IMG/VR virus record: IMGVR_UViG_3300027704_000023
Direction: 5' to 3' (one strand)
DNA from: an uncultured virus (IMG/VR IMGVR_UViG_3300027704_000023)
Lineage: Duplodnaviria > Heunggongvirae > Uroviricota > Caudoviricetes > Crassvirales
Length of the DNA stretch: 64,000 nt
In this document: piece by piece, positions 26,166 to 36,456 of the stretch
Layout of the letters: the number at the start of each line of letters is the position of its first letter
Position numbering within the stretch: position 1 is the first letter of the stretch
Program-made: the position numbers and the translations under genes
The notes under the pieces: model-generated
Databases searched by the model: none
What the model saw: the letters and a program-made list of their open reading frames with translations, nothing else
Told to the model about the DNA's origin: nothing

Positions 26166-26663
26166 ATGGCATATAGAACAGTTACTTTTACACCAACGCT
26201 TGATACATCTGGATACGCAGATGGAGATGTATTGTTTCTAATGACACCAATACAGCTTCCTGCTAGAGGAGCTAAGTTAATAGGTGGATTTATGGTAGAT
26301 CATACTTTGGATGCGACCAATGATGGGATTCAGTTACATTTTTTCCAAAACAATGCTGTAGAGCTAGGAACCAGAAATGCAACCGCAAACATATCAGGAG
26401 ACAATTTTCTTTTGAACAGGTATCAAGGCAGCGTCTCTGTATCTAATACCACTTCTGTTACGGAGCTTGATAATATTGAGATACATCCTATCTTAACAGC
26501 TGGGGATACAACGCTTGCCTTTACAGATAATTCACTCGGCGCTGTGCTAACAAGTTCTGAAACAAATTATACGGTCTATGTTTCTGGTGTAGTTAGCACT
26601 TTAAGTGGTCAAGAAGCTTTTGAAGTAGATTCACTTGACTTTGTACTTTATTTCGAGTACTAA
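26166..26663 (+). CDS. Putative structural beta-rich protein
   Basis: TPTLDTSGYADGDVLF; composition and position. Confidence 0.65.
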   Translation: MAYRTVTFTPTLDTSGYADGDVLFLMTPIQLPARGAKLIGGFMVDHTLDATNDGIQLHFFQNNAVELGTRNATANISGDNFLLNRYQGSVSVSNTTSVTELDNIEIHPILTAGDTTLAFTDNSLGAVLTSSETNYTVYVSGVVSTLSGQEAFEVDSLDFVLYFEY

Positions 26664-26690
26664 ATAGAACAACAATTTAATTAAAATATA

Positions 26691-27848
26691 ATGGAAGAAG
26701 AACAATTCGAAAAAGCGGAGATCTTTGATACTCCCCAAGAACTTGCAGCCTCTATGCAAGCAGACGCACAACAAACAGAAACGCCAACTCAAGAGGCTCC
26801 CCAACAGGAGTCTCAATCTGTATCTGAACCAGTTCAGGAACAAACAGAGCAAGTGGAAACAGTACAGGAACAGACTAACGAACCTGCACAACAAGAAGAA
26901 AACATATATCAAGCGACAACAGATGATCTTATTGAGCATCAAGCGTCAACGGATAACGACGATAATACAACTCAACAGTATTCTGATAACGACATTGAGT
27001 CAGCTGTATTTAACTACGTAAGCGAAAGGCTTGGACGCGAGGTTAAATCGTTTGATGAATTCAGTCAACCACAGAGCGCTATGGATGAGAGGATCGAAAA
27101 GATTGCGGAATTTGTACAAAACACAGGTCGCGGTCCTGAAGATTGGTTTAAGTATCAGTCATTAAATCCATCTGAAATGGATGATTTAACGGCAGTGAGG
27201 ATTAAGTACTCACAAGATTACCCACAACTAAACTTCAATGAGATCAATACTCTTGTCGGCGCAAAGTACAAAACAAATCCTGATGAGTTTAGTGAAGATG
27301 AACTTAAAGTTTCGGCTTTACAGTTAAAAATTGATGCAACAGATGCACGTAATAATATTGAAGAGATACGCAATACTTACGCCGCGCCTATGCAGAAAGA
27401 AAAATCTGAACAACCAGTAGAATCTTACTTTACTGAAGATTGGGCTCAAAATATGCAAAGAGAAACATCTAGTTTTGAAGGCTTAGAATTCGATTTAGGG
27501 AACGGTAAGAACTTTAATTTTGGTGTAGGGGAAAACTATAGAAAGACTCTAGTTGACAACCACCAGAATGTTGAGACTTATTTAGATAGGTATAAAGACC
27601 CTAATGGAAATTGGGATTACGATTCTTTTAATTCTCATCAAACGCTCATCGATAATATCGACAACATAGTCGCTTCGGCGTATCGTCAAGGTATGGGAGA
27701 TGGGCAGAGAGGGCTAGTAGATAAGGCGGCTAACGTCTCAACTAATACACCTTCTCAAAACGCTGCTCAAAACAACACTAATTCATTAGCGGAGCAAGTG
27801 AAAAACATCATGGGGGCTAACTCCAATAAGATGACATTTAACATTTAA
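26691..27848 (+). CDS. Capsid scaffolding protein
   Basis: Q/E-rich disordered N-terminus, helical, immediately upstream of the major capsid gene. Confidence 0.7.
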   Translation: MEEEQFEKAEIFDTPQELAASMQADAQQTETPTQEAPQQESQSVSEPVQEQTEQVETVQEQTNEPAQQEENIYQATTDDLIEHQASTDNDDNTTQQYSDNDIESAVFNYVSERLGREVKSFDEFSQPQSAMDERIEKIAEFVQNTGRGPEDWFKYQSLNPSEMDDLTAVRIKYSQDYPQLNFNEINTLVGAKYKTNPDEFSEDELKVSALQLKIDATDARNNIEEIRNTYAAPMQKEKSEQPVESYFTEDWAQNMQRETSSFEGLEFDLGNGKNFNFGVGENYRKTLVDNHQNVETYLDRYKDPNGNWDYDSFNSHQTLIDNIDNIVASAYRQGMGDGQRGLVDKAANVSTNTPSQNAAQNNTNSLAEQVKNIMGANSNKMTFNI

Positions 27849-27869
27849 AACAACAAAAACTAAGTAACA

Positions 27870-29288
27870 ATGGCAACATTAGGAACAGATAGAACAGCAA
27901 GTACAGGTAACTTACCTCCGATTGACGGAGCAGCAAGTAACTTTAGAATTACACCTGAAGCATACACAACTGTAGGCGATCTATTAAAAACAACAAAAGA
28001 TGAGCACATGCCTGAGCTCATTGAGACATACGGCGATCAAGGTATCACTGGATTTCTTAAACTAACAGGTGCAATCAACAGCGGTGGATCTTCTGACGAA
28101 GTAAACTGGTGGGAGGCAGGTCGTCGTCACAAATCATTCACATATGCGATTGGTAACGTTACGGACAATGCTACTTCTATTACTGTTGCAAAAGGCGTAG
28201 CGGATGATTTTGCAAAAAACGTACAGGCAAATGACGTAATCATGGACAGTTCTACTGGAACACGATTCATCGTTAAGTCTGGTGGGTTTGGAACAGGATC
28301 AGATGAAGCGGTTGTAATGGTAAAACTTGACGGAACGGTTGTAACTATAGCTGCAGACCTCGACCTAGTAGGTGGAGAGTTTATTAAGCTCGGTAACATG
28401 TACGCTCAGGGAACAAACCAACCTACAGCATTTGACGATTTCAACGTAGTGAAGCGTACTAACCCATATATGATCGTTAAAGATCGTTACGAGGTTAACG
28501 GATCACAGGCTACGAATATCGGTTGGGTAAACGTAGGTGGCGGAGAATACCGCTGGTTTATGAAGGGTGAGCAAGAGGCTCGCGCTCGTTTCGAGGACCG
28601 TCGTGAGATGATGATGCTTTTAGGGCAGCAGCACTCAGGTACTGCAGGTTTAGCTCTTGGTAGCGATCTTGCTGGTTCTGAAGGATACTTCTCAGCTATT
28701 GAGGACCGTGGAATTCAAGTTTCAAACGCAAACGCAAACCCACTAGATTCATTCTCTGAGTTCGATGATATCATCATGGAGCTTGATAAGCAAGGTGCAC
28801 CTTCTGAGTACGCTATGTACGTAAACAGAAAGCAAGACCTCGCTATCGACGATATGTTAGCATCAGGTATCTCTACAGGAGTTACTGCTGGTTTACCAGG
28901 ACAGTTCGGAGCATTCAACAACTCAGCTGATATGGCTGTACAGCTTGGATTTAAATCTTTCACTCGTGGAGGATATACTTTCCATAAGCACGATTGGAAG
29001 CTATTGAACGACCCAACTCTTCTAGGCGCATCTAACTACGTACAGGGAGCTATGATTCCTTTATCGCAGGTTACAGACGCACGTAGCGGAATGAAGGCAC
29101 CAGCTTTATCTATGTCTTACAAGGAGTCTAACGGGTACAACCGTGAGATGGAGCACTGGGTAACTGGTAGCATCTTAGGTCATACTAACAACGGAGATGT
29201 AGGAACAGACAACGCTGTCTTCCACTACCGCTCTGAGATCGCTCTTTGCACTCGCGCTGCTAACCAGCACGTAATGATCAAAGGATAA
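27870..29288 (+). CDS. Major capsid protein
   Basis: 472 aa after scaffold; W.E motif, IVKDRYEVNGS, GFKSFTRGGYTFHKHDW; codon usage looks biased for high expression; downstream hairpin. Confidence 0.85.
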   Translation: MATLGTDRTASTGNLPPIDGAASNFRITPEAYTTVGDLLKTTKDEHMPELIETYGDQGITGFLKLTGAINSGGSSDEVNWWEAGRRHKSFTYAIGNVTDNATSITVAKGVADDFAKNVQANDVIMDSSTGTRFIVKSGGFGTGSDEAVVMVKLDGTVVTIAADLDLVGGEFIKLGNMYAQGTNQPTAFDDFNVVKRTNPYMIVKDRYEVNGSQATNIGWVNVGGGEYRWFMKGEQEARARFEDRREMMMLLGQQHSGTAGLALGSDLAGSEGYFSAIEDRGIQVSNANANPLDSFSEFDDIIMELDKQGAPSEYAMYVNRKQDLAIDDMLASGISTGVTAGLPGQFGAFNNSADMAVQLGFKSFTRGGYTFHKHDWKLLNDPTLLGASNYVQGAMIPLSQVTDARSGMKAPALSMSYKESNGYNREMEHWVTGSILGHTNNGDVGTDNAVFHYRSEIALCTRAANQHVMIKG

Positions 29289-29308
29289 TATTAATAGTTA
29301 GGTGGAGA

Positions 29309-29334
29309 GGGGAGGCAATCGGCTTCCCCCCTTT
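29309..29334 (+). terminator. Probable intrinsic terminator after the capsid gene
   Basis: GGGGAGGC-AATCG-GCTTCCCC hairpin with a short T tract. Confidence 0.55.
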
Positions 29335-29358
29335 AGCTACAAAAAATAACTAATAATT

Positions 29359-29667
29359 ATGAAAAAATTTTTATATTTTCGCAATTCTACTACTGACAGT
29401 TTGATGCTCGCAGCCGATAACTTAATAGGGTTGGAGGTTGATGACAATTCCAATAACGTTACTTTTACGTTTCAGGACGAGTTTGATGGCCCTGGAGGTT
29501 CAACTATACCTCATGTTACGATAACGGCAAAAAAGGGTCGTGAAGTTATGGAAGCTATATCTCAAGAGATTAGACACGGGAAACAAGCTTTTATAACAGT
29601 AGCCGACGACGTAGATAAAATCTATCTTAACTCGGATATCACATCAGCAAATGCAGTTCAACTTTAA
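29359..29667 (+). CDS. Family B adaptor-domain protein (stand-alone)
   Basis: KKFLYF...EVMEAISQEI...ITVADD...LNSDIT. Confidence 0.75.
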   Translation: MKKFLYFRNSTTDSLMLAADNLIGLEVDDNSNNVTFTFQDEFDGPGGSTIPHVTITAKKGREVMEAISQEIRHGKQAFITVADDVDKIYLNSDITSANAVQL

Positions 29668-29679
29668 TAACTATCAATA

Positions 29680-30411
29680 ATGGATCAATCTAAAAAATTC
29701 TTATATATAAACTCTGAACCTGGAGATTCTGATAAGTCGATATCATACCCCGTTAAGTCTTTAGTGGCTGTTGACAGCACCGCAGTAGATTCTGTGATAC
29801 TTCACTTTAGAGACGGAAGCCGTTCGGACACTACAAATGTGACTATAACCGTTACGTCTGGGAAGACGAAACAGGTTATGCAAGCTATTGCCGAGGCTAT
29901 TAGTTTTGACAAATCTCATACGATAACTATCGGTGATGATCAGTTGAAATCTTACTTGACTTCTGATATACTTTCTGTAGCTGCTGTAGCTTTCGGGGAT
30001 GAGACCTTTGAAGTTCAGAACAATATGGAGATCAAAGGTAACCTTACAGTAAGTCATGGAGTCCAAGCTCTTTCCAGAACTAGAACTGCGAACTCAACTG
30101 CAAATGGGACGGCTGTTATTTCTGCAGGAACATCTTTTGTTTCTGTAACTTCAGAAAATGCTGCTCACATAATCGTACTCCCTCCTGCAGTTATTGGAAA
30201 CAGTGTTGTTATACATGTAGGAGGAAATGGTTATGAACTCAGAACAAGCAATCCAAGCTCAATTAAATTAAATAACGTAGATGGATCAGGAACAGAGCTT
30301 GCTGTTGCTGCTAACGTTGTAATTCGTTGCACTTGTGTATCTACAACGGCTTGGATTGCAGAGAAAATTTCTAATGTTGGCGCGCCAGCAGGAGGAGGTA
30401 CACCAGACTAA
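29680..30411 (+). CDS. Family B domain plus C-terminal fibre-like beta domain
   Basis: KKFLYI...QVMQAIAEAI...LTSDIL; IKGNLTV linker. Confidence 0.7.
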   Translation: MDQSKKFLYINSEPGDSDKSISYPVKSLVAVDSTAVDSVILHFRDGSRSDTTNVTITVTSGKTKQVMQAIAEAISFDKSHTITIGDDQLKSYLTSDILSVAAVAFGDETFEVQNNMEIKGNLTVSHGVQALSRTRTANSTANGTAVISAGTSFVSVTSENAAHIIVLPPAVIGNSVVIHVGGNGYELRTSNPSSIKLNNVDGSGTELAVAANVVIRCTCVSTTAWIAEKISNVGAPAGGGTPD

Positions 30412-30493
30412 TAACGACTAAAACGTGAAAGGAGGATAATCCTTACTTTTGCACTTAACTTTTTAACAAACAAACAAACAAAAATTAGAAAAT

Positions 30494-30976
30494 ATGAATG
30501 AATTAATTCTTTCGAAACTAGACGCCAATGAGGTAAGAGCTTCTAAAGGAGTGGTAAGCGTCGCTGAAACAAGCGCGTCTTTTGTTGCGTCTTCCGATGC
30601 AATCACTTCAGGCGAAATGTTAATCCCAGCTAACGCTGTTGTCTTAGATTGCTATGCTGTTGTAAAAACTGCACTTGCTTATGCTTCTGCTACTCTTGGA
30701 ACTCGTTTTGGAACCGCTGCTAGTGGTGCTCAAATCGTCGCTCTTGATGCTAATGGACTTGCTGGTTCGACTACATCATTAGCTGTTGGTAAGGGTAACT
30801 CTACTGATGCAGAAAGAAACACCTCGTTAGGTGGTGCTGCTGCTGTAGTTGTAGTTGCTAACGCCGCTTACTCAGCTCCTGCAAGAAGCATCTTTGGCGA
30901 AGTAAAAGCTTCTACTGGAGCTTTTACCGCTGGTGAGGTTTATTTTGCTGTTGAGTACATAGTACTTGGTGACTGA
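30494..30976 (+). CDS. Putative capsid decoration protein
   Basis: Ala-rich; IPANAVV...AGEVYFAVEY; own terminator. Confidence 0.6.
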   Translation: MNELILSKLDANEVRASKGVVSVAETSASFVASSDAITSGEMLIPANAVVLDCYAVVKTALAYASATLGTRFGTAASGAQIVALDANGLAGSTTSLAVGKGNSTDAERNTSLGGAAAVVVVANAAYSAPARSIFGEVKASTGAFTAGEVYFAVEYIVLGD

Positions 30977-30997
30977 TAAGTTATAATACTACTACGA

Positions 30998-31037
30998 GAA
31001 AGGCCCTTCGGGGCCTTTTTTATTTGTCGTATATTTG
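30998..31037 (+). terminator. Intrinsic terminator plus adjacent -7 promoter element
   Basis: GAAAGGCCC-TTCG-GGGCCTTTTTT, then TATATTTG at 31030-31037. Confidence 0.85.
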
Positions 31038-31058
31038 CGTATAATATAAAAGAACATT

Positions 31059-31388
31059 ATGGAGAAATTTTTATTTTACGGTGCGTCTACATCCAGCATG
31101 ACATGTATCCCAGCTCATAGGTTATCGGAAATCCAAAGATATGACGATACAAATATTTTTATAAATCACGAATTACCTTCTAGTAGCACCGTAGGGTCTA
31201 ACTCTGAATATAGCGTTAATCTTATTGTTAATGGCGGGAAGGCAAACAAGGTTATAAATACAATATCTAAAGCTATTAATAATAGTAAAGATCCATTTAT
31301 TGTTGTATTAGATAAAATTGCTGGGACACCTGATTTATTTATTGATGCTGATATAACGGATATGGGCGTTTTAGGAGCAATAAGTTAA
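31059..31388 (+). CDS. Family B adaptor-domain protein (stand-alone)
   Basis: EKFLFY...KVINTISKAI...FIVVLD...IDADIT. Confidence 0.7.
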   Translation: MEKFLFYGASTSSMTCIPAHRLSEIQRYDDTNIFINHELPSSSTVGSNSEYSVNLIVNGGKANKVINTISKAINNSKDPFIVVLDKIAGTPDLFIDADITDMGVLGAIS

Positions 31389-31398
31389 TATAAAAACT

Positions 31399-32337
31399 AT
31401 GAAAACAAATAATTTATCAGATAGGTTTTTTTCCTTCAACGTAGGGGGAAGCGCTAATTTTAACATTTCGATGTTCCCTATGTCCAGTCTAACCTGTCTT
31501 CATATGGATTCAGCTACATCACTCCTTTTATCCTTTGAGAACTCATTTGTGATGGATCATGATATTATTTCTATTACTATAGAGTCAGGAAAAGGGAAAG
31601 AGGCTATAAAAGACATTGTTGATGTTATAAACTCTACACAGCAAATTGCAGTTCTTGCGGATAATTCCACAAAAAAGTCAATCATAAATAATATCGACTG
31701 GGACACCGCCCCTACTCAAAATAAAGGAGCTGCAGGCACATTTGCTTTAGGCGGAAATCTTACTGTGGGTATTAATGCTACAGTTACTAATAACTTACAT
31801 GTATTTGGGTCCGCTACGCTTAGCGGGCTTTTTCAAGGACATAGACGCCCTGTAATTAGGCAGGCAGATTTTGTGAGCAACGCTCGTACACTTACTGTAG
31901 CGGAGTCGGGAGCTCTTGTTCTTTTGGATACTCAAGCCGCTACTGTGGTTACTTTACCTGCTATTACAGCATCTGATATAGGTGTTACATACACTATTAC
32001 TCAAACTATAGCTTCTAATGATGACAGAGTTGTTAATACAGCTTACGATAATGATTATTATACGGGTGCAGTAGTTCTTCTTCCTGCAGCCGTTTGGCAG
32101 CCTGATGCGGTTCAAGACGGTTTAGATATGTTCAGCAGAACAGCAAGTGATAGTAAACAAATCACATTTGATGATGACCTACAAAATGGGGGGGGAAACG
32201 TTGGGTCTAGCATAACGGTTACTGCTATTCTAGCGGGTAACGTCGCAGATGCTGGTTCATCAAAGCATGTTTGGTCTATTACAGGTGCAATGGGATCAGG
32301 TGATCCTAATAGCTCAGGTGGCAGCGTATTTAGCTAA
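31399..32337 (+). CDS. Family B domain plus C-terminal fibre-like domain
   Basis: ITIESGKGKEAIKDIVDVI; GGNLTV; TLTVAESGALV...VTLPA. Confidence 0.7.
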   Translation: MKTNNLSDRFFSFNVGGSANFNISMFPMSSLTCLHMDSATSLLLSFENSFVMDHDIISITIESGKGKEAIKDIVDVINSTQQIAVLADNSTKKSIINNIDWDTAPTQNKGAAGTFALGGNLTVGINATVTNNLHVFGSATLSGLFQGHRRPVIRQADFVSNARTLTVAESGALVLLDTQAATVVTLPAITASDIGVTYTITQTIASNDDRVVNTAYDNDYYTGAVVLLPAAVWQPDAVQDGLDMFSRTASDSKQITFDDDLQNGGGNVGSSITVTAILAGNVADAGSSKHVWSITGAMGSGDPNSSGGSVFS

Positions 32338-32355
32338 CAACTAACAAGCATAAAA

Positions 32356-32394
32356 GAAAGGCCCTTCGGGGCCTTTTTCTTTTGCGTATATTTG
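32356..32394 (+). terminator. Intrinsic terminator (same hairpin as 30998) plus -7 promoter element
   Basis: GAAAGGCCCTTCGGGGCCTTTTT, then TATATTTG at 32387-32394. Confidence 0.85.
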
Positions 32395-32398
32395 CGAT

Positions 32399-32707
32399 AT
32401 GAAGAAATTCTTATTCTTTGCTAACAGCACAGCTGATGCGGTACTGTTTCTTTCTGACGATCTTATTCTTATGGAGATAGATGCTGATGGAGATAGTCTT
32501 GAGATGCATTTTAAAAGCTTAAGCGGAACTCTAGGTGGGTCAACAACGATACCTTTAACTATAACGACAGATTCAGGACCAGATGTAATGAGCGCTATTA
32601 CCGAGGAGATAGCATTTGGAGAAGATCCGATGATAGTGATTGCAGACGAAATTAACTCAATTTTCTTGCATAGTGATATAACCGCAGTAACAAACGCATT
32701 AACGTAA
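32399..32707 (+). CDS. Family B adaptor-domain protein (stand-alone)
   Basis: Clear paralog of 29359 (MKKFL.F.NST.D, GGST, ADE...LHSDIT). Confidence 0.78.
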   Translation: MKKFLFFANSTADAVLFLSDDLILMEIDADGDSLEMHFKSLSGTLGGSTTIPLTITTDSGPDVMSAITEEIAFGEDPMIVIADEINSIFLHSDITAVTNALT

Positions 32708-32708
32708 T

Positions 32709-34409
32709 ATGGCTTTATCTCCAGACGATAAATATTTATATTTAAACACAGACCCTACAGCTGGTGAGGCTGATTTATCCAAGTATTACCCTATTAAATA
32801 CTTACGTGGAGTAGAGTGTTTAAATGCTGCAGCTGTTACGTTTTCTTTTAGAGGTCCAAACAATACTACTAGCACACGAGTAACTATTGTTATTACATCT
32901 GGATTTGTTAAAGAGTTTTTTACGCAGCTTATAAATGAAATTAACTTTGGGGATAAGGCATCTATAACTTTAGCGGTAAAAAATCTATCGGTATCGACAT
33001 CGGAAGGAGGGTCTGACTTCGTTTATGTAAATGCTACCATTGGAGCTATTGTAATAGACGATGACTCTGTAGGTTTTGAAGATTTGCAAGTTGCTGAAGA
33101 TTTAGATGTAGGGGGAAGAGTAACTACCGCTGACCTTACAGTAACAAACGATTTATCTGTAACGCATGGTGGAACAGGTGTAAGCACTTTAACGGCTAAC
33201 GGAGTTCTGTTCGGTAACGGGACATTAGATATATCTGCAGTAGATTTATCTAGTAACGGAAACGTAATTGTAGGGGGGGCTACACCAGCTGTTGTTACAG
33301 GTGCTAATTTAGCTGGATCAGGACTTGCAGCAACGACAGGTAACGGAACTTTAGTTTTAGCTGTAGAAACTTTAAATCAAGACACAACAGGAAATGCTGC
33401 CACAGCGACAAAATTAGCAGCCACAAAAACAATTGGTGGTGTAGCTTTTGACGGTAGCACAAATATAAATCTTCCAGGAGTTAATACTGCGGGTAACCAA
33501 GCAACTTCGGGGTTAGCAGCTACAGCTACCTTAGCCGCTGATGCTACAACTCTGGCAACTCCAAGAGCTATCAATGGGGTTGACTTTGACGGCTCAGCAG
33601 CAATAACAGTTACCGCAGCGGGATCTACTTTGTCAAATACAGTAACGGTAGCAAAAGGAGGTACAGGTTTAACAACCGTAGCCGCCAACAAAATTTTAAC
33701 GGGTAACGGAACAAGTGCCCTAACAGCTGAAGCTAATCTTGAATTTGGCGTAAACCGCCTTACTATAGGTAATAATTCAGAAGATATTCAGCCGTACATA
33801 CGAATATTTAATGATGAAAACACATTAGAGTTAGGTGTATCTAATGCAGCTGGTGATTTTGTTTCTGGATCCGCTGATGGGGATGCAGTTATAAACTGTT
33901 TTGGAGATCACAACCTTATTTTAGGTCAAAACGATCAACCAGCTTTAACAATAGACACTGACGGTGATGTAGTAATAGCTAACTCTTTAAAGGCTTCGGA
34001 TAGAACATTTGCCATTACAGGGAATACAGACGGGACACACGAGGGTGATGTAGTGTACTTTGGCGGCACGACGTCTATGACGGTTGGCACTATTTACCAT
34101 TATAAATCTGACGGTACGTGGGAGGCTGCTGATGCTGATGCGGTTGCCACTTCTGACGGTCTCCTTGGAGTAGCTTTAGGAGCCGCCTCAGACGCTAATG
34201 GAATGCTTCTAAGGGGTATGGTTACTTTAGACCATGATCCTGGCGCTGTGGGTGATGTTTTGTTTCTATCTACAACGGCTGGCGATGCAACTTCAACCGC
34301 TCCTTCAGGTAACAACGATATAGTAAGAGTAATAGGATACTGCTTACACGCGTCTAACGGTCAGATTTGGTTTAACCCAGATAGTACGTTTGTAGAAGTA
34401 ACAGCATAA
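32709..34409 (+). CDS. Fibre protein: family B N-domain, fibre repeats, C-terminal tip domain
   Basis: Two AT.LA..R/K.I.GV.FDGS..I repeats and V.xGGTG repeats typical of phage fibres. Confidence 0.8.
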   Translation: MALSPDDKYLYLNTDPTAGEADLSKYYPIKYLRGVECLNAAAVTFSFRGPNNTTSTRVTIVITSGFVKEFFTQLINEINFGDKASITLAVKNLSVSTSEGGSDFVYVNATIGAIVIDDDSVGFEDLQVAEDLDVGGRVTTADLTVTNDLSVTHGGTGVSTLTANGVLFGNGTLDISAVDLSSNGNVIVGGATPAVVTGANLAGSGLAATTGNGTLVLAVETLNQDTTGNAATATKLAATKTIGGVAFDGSTNINLPGVNTAGNQATSGLAATATLAADATTLATPRAINGVDFDGSAAITVTAAGSTLSNTVTVAKGGTGLTTVAANKILTGNGTSALTAEANLEFGVNRLTIGNNSEDIQPYIRIFNDENTLELGVSNAAGDFVSGSADGDAVINCFGDHNLILGQNDQPALTIDTDGDVVIANSLKASDRTFAITGNTDGTHEGDVVYFGGTTSMTVGTIYHYKSDGTWEAADADAVATSDGLLGVALGAASDANGMLLRGMVTLDHDPGAVGDVLFLSTTAGDATSTAPSGNNDIVRVIGYCLHASNGQIWFNPDSTFVEVTA

Positions 34410-35068
34410 TGGCTACGATAGATGTAAATAGACAAGGTGTTGGACTTGGGATTAATAACGGTAATTTTAACACAGCTAGAACTAACGCCGCATCATCTGT
34501 TACAGATGGTATAACGGGTGAATCCGACGTTCAGTACTTTAACACATCTAGAACCAAAAGGTTTAGAAGAGTTTTCTTACATTTTGACACAAGCGGAATA
34601 ACAGGGACTGTAACTGCAGCTCATATTGACGTTAACGGAGGCGCTGCGGCTGATGGAGATCCGAATGATACTATTATGGTTAAGAGTACTGCTTTTGGAG
34701 GGGATGGCGGAACAGCTTTAGCAACTTCAGATCATTTTGGCTCTTTAGATTACAGCACAGCATATTCTAATGAGCTTACTACATGGTCAACAGGTAACAA
34801 CGAGTACGTTCTAACAGCTGCGGCTTTCGCTGATATTAAAGCTAACGATCACTTTACTTTAGCTTTAATAGATCACGACAATGATTATGCTAACTCAGAC
34901 GCTACAGCAACATCAGACATTACTATAGATTTTGACGTAACTATAACCTTAGACTTTACTCTTTCATCAGGCTATAGCCACGATGTAATCGGTGTTGCGG
35001 CTGCTAGTGTAGGTAAGGTAACCTCGATTGCTACAGCTAGTATAGGAAAGATGAACAGCGTTGATTAA
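34409..35068 (+). CDS. Putative fibre-associated structural protein
   Basis: RRVFLHFDTSGITGTV motif; coupled to fibre gene. Confidence 0.6.
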   Translation: MATIDVNRQGVGLGINNGNFNTARTNAASSVTDGITGESDVQYFNTSRTKRFRRVFLHFDTSGITGTVTAAHIDVNGGAAADGDPNDTIMVKSTAFGGDGGTALATSDHFGSLDYSTAYSNELTTWSTGNNEYVLTAAAFADIKANDHFTLALIDHDNDYANSDATATSDITIDFDVTITLDFTLSSGYSHDVIGVAAASVGKVTSIATASIGKMNSVD

Positions 35069-35072
35069 TTAG

Positions 35073-35080
35073 TATATTTG
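35073..35080 (+). promoter_or_regulatory. -7 element TATATTTG, 4 nt before ATG
   Basis: Exact consensus. Confidence 0.7.
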
Positions 35081-35084
35081 TGCT

Positions 35085-36440
35085 ATGACTAAAAAGTTTT
35101 TCTTATTCCGTAGATCCGAACCTATTGGTAACGACAAAAGGTTTTCTGAAGATGGAGGTGACATACCTATTTTAGGCATTCCTGCAGATCAAATGTCATT
35201 TATGACTGCGGGAAGAGGGTCTGTAACAATAACTTTTAACAACGCTGGCATATATGAAGATAATGAGCTTTTTGTCGGAGATTCTATAGAAAAAACTAAC
35301 ATAACTATATCTTGCGAAATAGGCAAGGAGATGACGTTAATTGAAAGGATTATGTTATTCTCTTCTAGAGAAGATGGTAAAAGTATAATGAAGTTTGATG
35401 CTGTAGAGGGGAAAACAGCATTTGACGATGTTATTATATCTAACGTTACAGACATTAAGGCAAAAATTAAATCTCAACCTACTGAAAGGGTTACTCAAAA
35501 AATAAGTGCAGGAGATCGTGCTAGCAGATTTAGAAATATTGTTGGAGGCATTAACTTTGGGAGCACAACAAACAAGCCTTTCCTGGACTACAACCATGAG
35601 CTTCTTACGGGGTCTGATGAAAGCAATATAACTGTATGGAGAAACTCAGGGCTTGGCGGATCTGCTTTCAATATATCGAATCACGATGACGGAGGCAATG
35701 TAACAATAGAAACAGACGCTACATCTGCAACGACAGGTTTAAGTAAAACATCCGCTCAATTTGCTGTAAGTACATTTCTTGAAATACCAGACACAACAAT
35801 AGAAGATGATTACACTATATATTTTACTATAGGTGATCCAGGAGTAGGAACATCTTCTTTTGGTCGGTTGTTTGGGGATAGCAACGGAGAAACTTTAGGC
35901 TTTTCTGATGAGGGGTATGGTAGCATTTTTACGATGCGTCACGACGGGTTAGACGGAAGGCCTTTTAAGGTTAATTCAGACACGGATGAAAGTGGCAGCA
36001 TTAAATATTCTTTTCCAGATAAATCTAGGTCTACGGACATTGGTTCAAGACAATTCTGTTATGTTTTTGTTATTAGAAGGGACGAGGATTTTAATGTATA
36101 TTTACATAATCATGAAGGTGAGATTGTAGCTTTTGTCCCCGCTTTTACGGAGAAGAGCACAAGTAAAATTGTAAGTAAAATAAAATCTAAACCAACAAGT
36201 AAAAGTAAAGGCATATACGAAAAAATTACCACTCCTGTTACATCTAAGATTACTGCTGGATCTACAGGTAGGACTGACGGAAATCTTCTGTTACAACAAC
36301 TCGGATCAGCTGGAGGCAACACTACATCTAGCTTCTCTGGAACTCTAGCGAGATTTGGAGTAATTAAAAGAGATATAGGAGATGGAAACGCAACACAACT
36401 AGCAAAGGATTTGTACGCTTTGTACAAGCCTAATTTATAA
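35085..36440 (+). CDS. Divergent family B N-domain plus LamG/ConA-like domain
   Basis: KKFFLF N-terminus; WRNSG...YTIYF...FVIRRD...FSGTLARFGV pattern. Confidence 0.55.
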   Translation: MTKKFFLFRRSEPIGNDKRFSEDGGDIPILGIPADQMSFMTAGRGSVTITFNNAGIYEDNELFVGDSIEKTNITISCEIGKEMTLIERIMLFSSREDGKSIMKFDAVEGKTAFDDVIISNVTDIKAKIKSQPTERVTQKISAGDRASRFRNIVGGINFGSTTNKPFLDYNHELLTGSDESNITVWRNSGLGGSAFNISNHDDGGNVTIETDATSATTGLSKTSAQFAVSTFLEIPDTTIEDDYTIYFTIGDPGVGTSSFGRLFGDSNGETLGFSDEGYGSIFTMRHDGLDGRPFKVNSDTDESGSIKYSFPDKSRSTDIGSRQFCYVFVIRRDEDFNVYLHNHEGEIVAFVPAFTEKSTSKIVSKIKSKPTSKSKGIYEKITTPVTSKITAGSTGRTDGNLLLQQLGSAGGNTTSSFSGTLARFGVIKRDIGDGNATQLAKDLYALYKPNL

Positions 36441-36456
36441 TTTAATTTAATATATC

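Noticed and set aside
24141..36440. Diversity-generating retroelement or invertase shufflon behind the paralog arrays
   Set aside because: No reverse transcriptase or invertase, and no near-identical template/variable repeat pair seen; paralogs are diverged at DNA level
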